A stretch of 64,000 nt of DNA, taken from Phyllosticta citribraziliensis (taxonomy: Eukaryota). How positions within the stretch are numbered: the stretch's first letter is position 1; the number at the start of each line of letters is the position of its first letter. Positions 26,001 through 36,464 of this stretch are shown here, in pieces. The notes beneath the pieces are model-generated. The model saw nothing but the letters and a program-made list of their open reading frames with translations. It was not told the origin of the DNA and ran no database searches. The DNA lies in the NCBI RefSeq assembly GCF_038025025.1, contig NW_027117345.1:186001-250000 (forward strand). Reading direction: 5' to 3'. Both the position numbers and the translations under genes were made by a program.

Positions 26001-27215
26001 GCTCATCGTACCAACAAGGAGACTGTGCCGCGGCAGAGTCCAAGAGAGCGTGATGAATCGCCAGCGGTTGGCACGCCCTCTCCAACTTCGAAAAGTGTCG
26101 GCACCGGAAGGATGCGTAAAGCGGCCGATCGGTCGACCAACTCGATTGTGAACGTACATCAATCTCTTGTCACCTTGGCTCCCTCGACACTCCCTCAATC
26201 TCCGAGACAGGTCAACTTCCAATCGACCCCAAAGCCGAGGTTCTTTGATCAGGAACAGGAAGTACTCGTTCCTCGTACAGCTGCGAGTACATTTGTCCAT
26301 GGCGCAGCCAACAACGATTTCTTCGAGCAAAACGGAACGCAAGTCGTTCCCGCAACTTTGCCCAACTGGACCGCGAATGAGAATGAATCGATCGAGACCG
26401 CTGGAGTCTTCTCGCAAGCCGCTGCTGTAAATGTCGGATATTCGCAGGCTGGAGAAAGGTTGCACTCCTCGCACTCGGCTTTTGAAGACTTCTACACAGA
26501 GTCCTCCAACAAGGAGGTGTCGCTGATCGACAAGGCGCCGGAACCTCACACACCAAGAGTTGGCAAGAGTGTGGCTTTTCAGGAGGGCAGACCCCGATCT
26601 CGAGCCAATACTGGACGACGTCTGAGCCAGATGGCTTCTAGTGACGGTCAACGGACGCCGCTCGCCAGCAAGAGCCGGCTGGCAGCTAATCAGCAGTCCC
26701 CGTCAGTCGATCGGGAAGACGAAAATGACAGCACGCCCGACTTTATGAAGCCAAGCCAAACGATTGCAAAGACCTACGCCTCTCATGCCACTCTTGGAAC
26801 CCAGTCCTCCAGACCGTCGAAGCGCCCTGTTTCCCAGACCTCGACGGACAACGTAATCCGAAAGAAGCCCAAGCTGGTGGATGTTATCAGTCTCGATAGT
26901 CAGGACACGGAGGAATCACAAACCAAAAGGCCTGCGAGGTCCTTGTCCCAGTCTACGCACGTGTCGGAGTCTCAGTCTCAGTCCCAGTCTCGATCCCAGC
27001 CAACATCGCAGGTGGTTGTTGCGACTCCCAAATCTCGCATGAAGTCCTCGCATGGCCGCGCTTCGATGACTGGACCCCCTCAGTCGGTCATGAACAGGAG
27101 GCGCAAGTCAGCTTCTTGTAAGTCTTTCCAGCTGTCATGGATGAATGCTTACTGACATGTCTCTCCCCTCGCAGCTCAGATGACCGATCGCTTCACCCAG
27201 GAGACGAGTAGGTGA
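23023..27215 (+). CDS. Large (~1310 aa) hypothetical protein with central coiled coil and S/T-Q-rich basic tail; exons 23023-23230, 23285-24647, 24695-25118, 25166-25207, 25254-27117, 27175-27215
   Basis: Three long ORFs are joined in frame by GT-AG introns with CTRAC/CTAAT branch sites. Summed exon length is 3942 nt, divisible by 3. The middle is E/Q/K/L heptad-rich. Confidence 0.75.
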
Positions 27216-28684
27216 TTCGGTTCCACCACTCCCACAGTAGCGACTACATTGCGGCAAACTCGACCTCACATCTCTTACGTCGACGTTTTGATATTTTGCT
27301 GCATTTTGCTGTCGATGAAGGAGGTATGATGACGAATTGAACGAGTCGAAGTATATCACGATCATCCTTTGTTTTGCTCGCTGCCGCGGAGCGTTGCTTG
27401 TATGCTGGACGCTACATGAAATGGAACGAGGAAGAGAGCGACGGATATGGAAAGAGAGGGATTAAGATGACTAATTTGCGGCGATGGTTTCTCTACTCTC
27501 GCATTTTCCCAACACGCACAAGGGGGCCGTGGGCGAACGGGACTTTGCTGGCTTTGTCTGATCATCTCTCTGTTTTCTCTGGTCAACATGGACATATCTT
27601 GACATTCTACTCGGGCAAGTCGGTCTGAAATGGACGGGGAATCGAGATGGTAGGGTAGGGAGTAAGGGAGTAGCTCTAGTCGCATACATGCCTATGTAGT
27701 CGGCATGTACTACGGTAGCTAGCTGTCAGCAGTGAATATGAGGGAATTTTGCTATGCTTGGCTTCTCTTTCTCTCTCTTTTTCTCCATCGCTTGTCTGAT
27801 GCCTCTTCTACTATCCTCTGCTCTCGTTTTTATGCCTTTGCCGCTTTCCACTTTCCACCTCTGCCTCCCCAATCTCCCATATTTTCATTCTCGTCCCGAA
27901 GAGCGGCGGCAACAACGGCGGCAGCAGCAGCAACAACAACAACAGCAATAGCAGTAAATATTGTGAAATTCTCAATCGACCCACTTGCCTACCTACCTAC
28001 CTGCCTACCTGCCTACCTACAGGTACCAATCCACCGTAAACGCCAAATATACACGCTATGCTATGCTACGCGCTGCGCTGTTATTTTACAGGGGGGGTTG
28101 AGTGGGGCTGGCTGGCTGCGTCGTGGCCTTCCTCCCTTGTTCCGTCCCTTCGTTGCTCTCCCGGCCGCCGCGCCGGCCTGTGTCTTTCATCCTTCCATGC
28201 TTTTGATCTGCTGCTTCCTGTGCAGCGTGGCGTGCCACGCGATTGCGACGAGTGAGCCGCCTTGCCTCTTCTCTTGTCCGTCCGCGCTCCGCTCCGCCCT
28301 GCTCCTCGAGTGTAGTTTTTGTTTTTGTTTTTGTTTTCGTTTCCCATTCGTTTCTTTGCCTTTTCCCGTTCGCGCACCGCGCACCGCCTCCCTAACCCGT
28401 CATTCCACACGCGTCGACCTTCGGTTCTCTTGCTTCGCTTTGCAAGCCTCGCCGCGCCTCGCCTCGCTTCCCCGCAACAGTGCCATCGCGAGGCAACATC
28501 CTCGGGCGTCATTCCATTTTATTTCGCCGCGCACGCTCTGCCGTCCCGAAAAGTGGCGATGAATGGAACGATTGTTGACGCGGCGAATGCCCGGCAGGCT
28601 TGAGATGATGGACGCGCTGCGGCGCGGGGAGGCGTGCGGTCGAGTGGACGGACGACGGGCGGTGGCGGCGTCGGTGGGAGCGCT

Positions 28685-29186
28685 TTACCGGTTGCCGCTG
28701 CCGCGCTTCTGCTCGAGGAAGAGGACGTGTCGGCGGACTGTGTGCGATGGTTTTGTGTTAGCACTTCTCTTCTCTTCATTTCCTCTCTTCCTCTCCTTAT
28801 TCCCCACGGTCCTTGCAGTCTTGCACGAATGATGCCGTGGTGACCCGGGGGGTGTGGAGTTGGGCGTAGCGCGGTGACGTTGTTGCTGCGTGCGGACGTT
28901 GCTGTACGTACCAACCGGATCGTACTTGATGAAGCTCAAAGGGCGCTTAGTGCGCGGCCGCACAAAGGTACGGTAGAAGCCCGTCATGGCCATGGAGATG
29001 AGGCGGACGGATATCATGCGGGATTTTTCTGCGGAGGGAGGGCATTGTTAGCGGGTTGTTGAACAGACTGGGAGGGAGAAGCGGGGTCGAGTGGGGAGGG
29101 AGCTGGAGGGGGATAGGGGGAAAGGGGGATACGTGGGTATGAGACGTGGATGGAGGAGAGAAGAGCGTACGCTTTTTGCCGGCCAT
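28685..29186 (-). CDS. MRPL39: Mitochondrial ribosomal protein bL33m (61 aa); exons 29186-29171, 29028-28912, 28737-28685
   Basis: Spliced product [61 protein letters not shown] carries the L33 signature RLIS.A.TGF..KYDPV...VLF.E. Both introns have GTACG donors, CTAAC branch sites and CAG acceptors. Confidence 0.92.
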
Positions 29187-29748
29187 GGTGGTGGTAATGC
29201 GTTGGGTGGGTTGGTGGCTTGGTTTGGCGTATGGTGCGCGCTGCCTGCCGATCGAGTGATGGAGAGGGCGATGGGGAGGTTGCGATTGGCCTGGCAGCAG
29301 ACGGGGCGACACTGGTGGTGGTAGCGGTTGTCTTGATTCGAGGCGAGTCCTCTGATAGAAAGATGCCGTGGTTGAAGTTGAGGCGCGGAGGACGACGGGT
29401 CTTGTTCGGCTGCGGCCGGGGAGCTGTGTGATTGGCTGTCGCTTGTGGACCTGACCTCACTCCGTCTGGAGACTGGACAACCACCAATCCATCTCCGTCG
29501 TCGAACCTTGACTGGACACGGATAGCGCGTCGTCCGTACGGCAGTGTCTACTTCACCTTCCAATATTTCCAGATCTTTGCAAATTTCCACAGCTGTTGCC
29601 GTGGGTTTGGCGCTCTGCGATCACGACGACAGCAACGACATCTGCCCACTGTCTACCTACCTGCTCGGGCCCAGCTTCACGACAACCAACACGAGACAGC
29701 ACTCGCTTTACATCTTGCTTGCCTATCTTTCAAGTCTCCCAGTCCACC

Positions 29749-30658
29749 ATGTCACCAGCTCCACCCGGCGCCTTCTCCCCGCGTCACAGTCCCAGCGGCA
29801 GCCGCAGCGAGCACCAACACCATCACCACGACGAGCAAGGAAGTCCTCCAGAACCGCAACCCCAGCACCAGCAAGATGACGCCGCGCCCTTCTCTCCCTC
29901 CACCCCTCTCTACCAGCAACAAGAGCAGCAAGAACCCGACCAACTGCAGCAGTCCCAACTCCTCCCTGCGCATCCACCCATCCCAGCAAGCCCCCATGCC
30001 CTCTCCGAGCACGGCACGAGCTCGTCTTCGCCCACCGAGCCCGCCGGCGACGGCGACAATGGCGACATGCCCATGACCATGGCGGCGTCGGTGGTGCTGG
30101 CGCAGCTGCCGCGCGACGCGCGCGGGGCGCTGGAGAAGGCGGCGTTGGGGCCGGAGACGGAGGGCGAGAGGGTGGAGAAAGGTGTGTTATTTCTATGTTG
30201 TTCTGTTCTTGATGTACTCGTCCCCTTCCTTTGCTCCCTTCTCTACTTTATCCCTTGCAGCTTGACACCTCCAACTTGTTCCGTCCCCTTCTCTCAATCC
30301 ATCGAAATGATACGATACTAACATGACCACCATAACAGTGACGGTGCGCTTCCGCCCCGTCGGCTCGGCGCCGCAGCTGCGGCAGCCCGTGGCCAAAGTG
30401 TCGGCGTCGTCGCGGTTCGAGACGGTGGTGCGCTTCCTGCGGCGGCGGCTGGGCGTGCAGGACAACGCGAGCGTCTTTTGCTACGTCAACTCCGTCTTTG
30501 CGCCGGGCTTGGACGAGGGCGTGGGGAATTTGTGGAGGGTGAGTCTTCTCAATTGACTGGTGGAATTTGGGGCAGTGTGCTGACGACTGGCGTTGCAGTG
30601 TTTCAAGACCAAGGACGAGCTTGTCGTTGCCTACTCCATCACTCCGGCTTTTGGGTGA
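29749..30658 (+). CDS. ATG12: Ubiquitin-like autophagy protein Atg12; exons 29749-30181, 30339-30538, 30599-30658
   Basis: [52 protein letters not shown], and the C-terminal YSITPAFG with the conjugating Gly. Confidence 0.95.
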
Positions 30659-30816
30659 TGCGCACGGATGGATAGTCATGGTTATTGAGTAAGTATAATC
30701 TCGTGTCGCGTTAACTCGCGCCATCTATGGTACAGTAATGCTCATTCCAGCGCCACAGATGCAAAATCCCAATGCTAGACGGCAGAATACTCAACAGCTA
30801 CCGCATTCATGCTTTT

Positions 30817-31900
30817 TCACTTTTGGCCCCTCTCTTCAAGAACGCGCTCAAACTCGGCAAGCTCCTCTTTGGGGATGGGGTACGTGTGCTCGGGCGCCGG
30901 GTACGCCCTCGACTTGACCTCGTCACGATACTCGGAAATGGCGCGCATGCTCTCGGCCCAGACGTTGCCGTACTGCTTGACAAACTTTGGCAGGAACCTG
31001 CCGGGCGGAAAGTTGCCCAGCATGTCGACCTGCACGAGCACCTGTCCGGAACACCCGTTGCCCGCACCAATGCCGATTGTGGGGATTTGCAGCCTTTTTG
31101 TAATGAGCGCGGCTATCTCAGCGGGCACGGCCTCGAGCAGAATGGCAAAGGCGCCGGCCTCTTGGACGGCGAGGGCGTCTTTCAGCACCTTGAGCGCGCC
31201 GACCGTCGTCTTGCCCTGCACGCGGAAGCCGCCCAGGCTGTTTTGGCGCTGCGGCGTGAGGCCAATGTGGGCAATGACGGGGATGCCGGCGCGAGTTATC
31301 TTTTCGACCGTGGGCGCCATTTCGATGCCTCCTTCGAGCTTGATGCCCTGGACGCGGCCTTCCTTGACCATGCGGATGGCCGTCTCGAGGGCTTGCGAGG
31401 GGGCGATTTCGTAGGATCCCATGGGCAGGTCGCCAATCTAGGGCCATGTCAGACACGGTTGACAGGGCAGGGGGGAAGCAACGTACGGTAAAGGCAGACT
31501 TGGTGGCGCGGGCGACGCTGCGGCAATGCACAATCATCTCCTCGAGGGTAATCTCGCTCGTGTCCTCCATGCCCAGCGTGACCATGGCCAGGCTGTCGCC
31601 GACGAGCACCATGTCGACGCCGGCGTGGTCGGCGACGTGGGCCGAGGGGAAGTCGTAGGCGGTGATCATGGTGATGGGCTCGTTGCGCCGGTACAGGGCC
31701 TGCAGCGTGTTGAGCGTCACCTTTTTGCGCGCATTGGCGGGCGTTGCGCCCAGGGGCGAATGCGAGCTGTGACGGGCGTGGATGGCGGGGGCGAGAGGCG
31801 CCGCAGCGGCAGCGGCTGGCCGCAACGGTCGCAGAGGAGCGCGCAAAGCGCAGGGCCGCGAGAGGCGCGAGAGGGTGTTGAAAGCGACAGCACGCGACAT
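30817..31900 (-). CDS. panB: 3-methyl-2-oxobutanoate (ketopantoate) hydroxymethyltransferase with mitochondrial presequence; exons 31900-31487, 31437-30817
   Basis: ITMITAYD, LVGDSLAM, GDLPMGSY, KLEGG, AHIGLTPQ and IGIGAG motifs. Arg/Ala-rich N-terminus; one intron. Confidence 0.95.
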
Positions 31901-33016
31901 GGCTGGCGAGGGTGATGGAACAGAGCGAAAAAATCAACGAAAGTGATGGAATCAGGGCGTGGATTGATGAAGCAGGAGAGGAAAAGGAGCCATGGCAGCG
32001 TTGTCAGAGCGCGCGGGCGGTTTTATTGGAGGTGGTGGTTCGTGATGTTTTCTGCTGCGCAGGCCGGAGTACGAGGAGTTGAAGTGATAAAGGTGCGGTG
32101 GTGGTGTTCCCTCGGCCCGCCTGCGCCCGGACTTTCTTGGGTTGACTGGCTCTGGCTGGGTCTGGCGCAGCTGGCTTGGGTTCCGGCTGTGCCTGGCCTG
32201 CCGCGGTGCTCTGATGGTCGATATGCTTTGTCTGTCTGGCCCGCCGAGGTTCTGGTGGTTGGTGATCCCGCACCGTGACGGCAAGGAATGCGACTGGAGG
32301 TTGAGAGCGATGAGGTCACGCCTGCAGGCACCTTGAAGGCCGCCGTTATCGATATCAAGGCGAGTCAGGCGCAGCAAAGGTGAAGGCGACCAGGACAGCG
32401 ACAGCGACCACAAATGGACATGCGCTTCGCTTCACTTCGAGACTGCAATGCCCCTGGGTCGAGAAAGCCACGTCCTGTTCGAGCCCGATCCGGCTTGACG
32501 CGCTGCCCTGCTCTGCCGTTGTTGGCGCCCGTCCGTCATCCATCTCATGACTTGGCCCAGTCGGTGCATGAGGAGTACAGTAGGTACAGTACATGCGACT
32601 CCACTCGACCACATCTCCTTGCCCTCCACCTCCGCTCGCCTCCAACTTAGCACAAACGACCAACGACACGACGCCAACACGGACGAAACATCCACCCCGC
32701 GCACACTATATCCCCCACGACCCGCACAAAGCCCACACTCCCTCTCCACCCGTTCCGGACAAGCCCTGCTCTGATCACGCTTCCCGCGGTATCGGACCGG
32801 CCCAGCACCGCACTTAGTCACCTGCTACCTTGTTTGACTACCAGCTTATCTTGCGCCATCCATCCTCCTGCCTGCTCGTCATTCTACCACTACCGCTTCA
32901 CCAGAGACATCCTTCACCTCTGCTGCCGCCTCGAGCTCCGACCCTCGCCCCACCTCGACGACTGACCGTCCCCGCATACGAACGACGACGCAGCAGAACA
33001 CAACACACTTGGCACA

Positions 33017-34197
33017 ATGAGCAGCCCCAAGCGGAGGATCGAGTCTGATGTGAGTGGTGCTTGATACTTTTTATCCTCGAGGGACACCCACAAAAGAAAA
33101 AAGAGAACAAAAAAATAGTGCAAGCAGGCTGACCAAGGACCACCTTGGGCGCGGCGCAACAGGTCATGAAGTACGTCGTCCGTCCAGCACGGTGCACGCC
33201 ATAGCTAACGAGTGTCCCAGGCTGTATGTCGACTCGCCACCGTCCACACACGTACCCGCCCCGCCGTAGCTCGAGATGACGCGACACGAGACGAAATGGC
33301 TTCTGCTGGGGCGACTGATGGACCGACTAACTGACGCCGTGCTGCAGGTTGATGAGCGACTGGGAGGTCACGCTCGTGGGTGACAATAGTAGGGAACATG
33401 TCTCGATGGGAAATAAGAGTCGTGGCTAACGAGTGCGCAGTGTGCGTTGCACCGATATACTACCACGTGGCGATCGAGGACGGGGACAGCGGCTGATTGG
33501 AATGCGCAGGCAAGAATTCTACGTGCGCTTCAAGGGCCCAGAAGAGAGTGCGTCATCCACAGCCCACCTCATTCCACACGGCGACGCCAAGATTTACAGA
33601 AGGAGAGAAAAGGAAAAAGGAAAGGCAGAACTGACAACGAAATCAAGCACCCTTCGCGGGCGGGCACTGGAACATCCACGTCGAGCTCCCAGACCAATAC
33701 CCGTACAAATCGCCATCCATCGGCTTCACCAACAAAATCTTCCACCCCAACATCGACGAGCTGTCGGGCTCCGTCTGCCTCGACGTCATCAACCAGCAGT
33801 GGTCGCCCATGTACGAGCTCATCAACATCTTCGAGGTCTTCCTGCCGCAGCTGCTGCGCTACCCCAACCCGACCGACCCGCTCAACGGCGAGGCCGCCGC
33901 CCTGCTTATGCGCGAGGAGAAGAGCTATAATGCTAAGGTTAGGGGTACGTGATGACTCCACATTTCCGGGGAAGGGGGGAGAGAGAGAGAGACGTGCTGG
34001 AGGGAAAGGATGCAAAGGAAGGGCCTGCGGGGAATCATGGCTGACAGTCGCCCCCAGACTACGTCCTCAAGTACGCGTCCAAGGAGTCGGCCGACGAGGC
34101 AGAAGACGATTCAGATGAAGAAGACGAAATGAGCTCGGTCGGCAGCTACGAGTCGGGCGAGGACGACGAGCCGGCGGGCACCATGGAGGAGATTTGA
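33017..34197 (+). CDS. UBC8: Ubiquitin-conjugating enzyme Ubc8/UBE2H (186 aa); exons 33017-33049, 33163-33170, 33221-33223, 33348-33388, 33441, 33510-33547, 33648-33944, 34058-34197
   Basis: Spliced product [80 protein letters not shown], then an acidic tail. Exon total is 561 nt. Confidence 0.93.
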
Positions 34198-34588
34198 TGT
34201 TTCTTTTTTTCCGCCCCTTTTTCCCCTCCATCTCCTTATTCCCTGGTTTGTCTCCCTGTACTTGCCTTGGTGCCGCGTCTTTCTCTTTGAGGCGGGACTT
34301 CACTTCATCCTCGTTCCTTTTCCTTTTGCGTGTCGGGTTCTCGGTGTCTTGGGAGTGACGGGAGTGGAATGGAATGGACTACTACTGCTGCTACTGCGGT
34401 TGCGGCCTGACTGACTAACTGACCGACCTGAGTGAAGGGTTTGGCTGGGCCGGGCTGGGCAGGGCCGTCGTGCTTTTTGGACGAGGCGAGGCAGGAGTGC
34501 CGTGCCTCATGCTTTTCGTTGGTCTGCTTCAATGGCATTTGTTCGCTTGCTCGCTTGTCTATATGCTCATTGCTTTATTCCGTTTCAT

Positions 34589-34598
<10 letters not shown>

Positions 34599-34622
<24 letters not shown>
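34599..34622. repeat. (CT)n microsatellite
   Basis: Seen directly, 3' of UBC8. Confidence 0.9.
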
Positions 34623-35077
34623 TTTACTAACCGCCGTTCTTCCCCCTACCCCCCTTTGCGCTCTCAAGAAGCATTCACTCATCACCCATCAGCTTTTTTC
34701 TTTCTATCGTTTGTTGGAGAAGCTGAGGTCGAGGTCGAGGACGTGGTCGAGGACGTGGTCGAGGAGACCGCGAATGGCAGGGAAGGAAGGACACGAGATT
34801 GAGATTGAGGTGGTGAGGGGTTGCAGACTGTGAGGCGGTAGCAGTGGCTGTCGTGGTAGGAGAAGCATAATTCAATTTAAACAGTTCAACTCATGCGTTC
34901 GTTCAACTCGTGGGATGATTGGCTACTGCTGGCCGGCTTTTCCTGCTCCTGCTCCTGCTCCTGCTCCTCTGGTCTTGCCTGCCTGGTCTACCTGCGCTTT
35001 TCCGTCGTCGCCACCACCACCACGCACAGCTGGCTCCTGGATGCAGTGAGTCGGTGGGTAGGTAGGTAGGTAGGTAG

Positions 35078-35100
35078 GTAAGCAACTGTGCAGGTAGGTA
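35078..35100. repeat. (GTAG)n microsatellite
   Basis: Seen directly; GCAA repeats follow at about 35113-35138. Confidence 0.9.
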
Positions 35101-35255
35101 TTTTGGCTGCCTAAGCAAGCATCAAGCAAGCAAGCAAGCGAGGCAGCAGACTCAATCGCACACACAGCACAAAACACCAAGGCAATATCAATATACCTAA
35201 GCAACAGCAAAAAGCGCCTCCCCCTGCTCCTCTTACTACCATCACCCCCATCACC

Positions 35256-36464
35256 TCACCACACAAGCCGATGCTCAAACGCCCACGCAAAAACCCGCTC
35301 CCAATTCCGACAAAGATGCGTCGCGCCCATGCCATCAATATGCCCCTGCGGCACCAACAGCGGCTCAAACGTCACATCGGCACTGCACATAATGGCCTGC
35401 CTTAAATAATCAATGCAGTGATCGCGATGCATGACGGGGTCCTGATCGTCGTGCTTAAACTCATCGACCATGTTGTGCGGGTAGAAGGCTTGCCGCAGGT
35501 AGTCGAGGCAGTGCAGCTGGTGGAAGACGCTGAGGCCGTAGGCCTTGTGGGTGAGCGGCGCGTGCTTGGAGGGTTGCGCCCACGGCAGGTTGGCTTGGTG
35601 CGCGTTGGTGATGGAGACGAGGCCGTCGCCGGGCGGCCGGAGCGACGTCCAGAGCGCGTTGGAGGCTGCCGAGGGCGTGCCGTTGGCGTAGGCGTGGTAC
35701 GCTTGGAAGGTTGTCGGCGTGTCGAAGCGGACTACACGGGCACGGGGGTTAGCAAGGGTACGTGTAATTGTGGGTGTGCACAACAACACCTCCACGCTCG
35801 CTCGACCGTCACCGAGGTAGGATAGATAGGATCGGTAGGACTTACGCTCCTTGTCGAACCCCGTCGGCGCGCGCGCGTCTTCACCCCCATACCGCGCGCC
35901 GCGCCGCGCGACCCCGTTCGCGTGGCCCCACACGAGCAGACTGACGACGAACAGCAGGGCGTTTGCGGCCGTCAGCGCGGCCGCGACGCTGCGCCACCAG
36001 GGTCTCTTCGTGTGCCTCCTGCTCGCGCCCAAGGCCCCGTAGCCGACGTCGTCCTCGTCTTCTTCGGCCTCGCCACCGCCTCGCTGCTCGTCGCCGACGG
36101 GCACGTAGCCCTTCCAGCCGCGCACGCCCGGGATGCCGAGTTTGCCGACGCGCCGCACCCAGGTGTCGAAGAGCGGCGCAGGGCGGCTCTTCTGCTGGCT
36201 TTCTGCTGGCGAGGCTTGGTTTGGCTTCTCGCTGTTGCTATTGCTGGTGTTGTCGGGTTGTTGCTGTTCTAGCTGCGTCACGGTCGACGTGCTGCTGGCG
36301 CCGCTGCCGCCCACGTCTTCGTCTGCTTCGGCGAACGGCGAGTAGCGCGTCGTCGGCGACCAGGGCGACGGCGGGAGAGACGAGCTCTTGCGTCTGCCGC
36401 TGCCGCTGCCGCTGCCGACGGCGCTGGTGCCGATGCTGGGTCTTTTGGCGTGTTGGGTGAACAT
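35256..36464 (-). CDS. DUF3328 / UstYa-like membrane-anchored oxidase; probable intron 35845-35732
   Basis: One TM helix followed by two HxxHC motifs (VFHQLHCL, HRDHCIDYLRQAIMCSADVTFE) and a C-terminal H.CRNW. The 114-nt GTAAGT..CTAAC..TAG intron is in frame. Confidence 0.88.
   Translation of the reverse strand: MFTQHAKRPSIGTSAVGSGSGSGRRKSSSLPPSPWSPTTRYSPFAEADEDVGGSGASSTSTVTQLEQQQPDNTSNSNSEKPNQASPAESQQKSRPAPLFDTWVRRVGKLGIPGVRGWKGYVPVGDEQRGGGEAEEDEDDVGYGALGASRRHTKRPWWRSVAAALTAANALLFVVSLLVWGHANGVARRGARYGGEDARAPTGFDKERKSYRSYLSYLGDGRASVEVLLCTPTITRTLANPRARVVRFDTPTTFQAYHAYANGTPSAASNALWTSLRPPGDGLVSITNAHQANLPWAQPSKHAPLTHKAYGLSVFHQLHCLDYLRQAFYPHNMVDEFKHDDQDPVMHRDHCIDYLRQAIMCSADVTFEPLLVPQGHIDGMGATHLCRNWERVFAWAFEHRLVW

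Noticed and set aside
30182..30338. Long ATG12 intron as a snoRNA host
   Set aside because: Pyrimidine-rich, with no C/D box pair or H/ACA-like structure visible.
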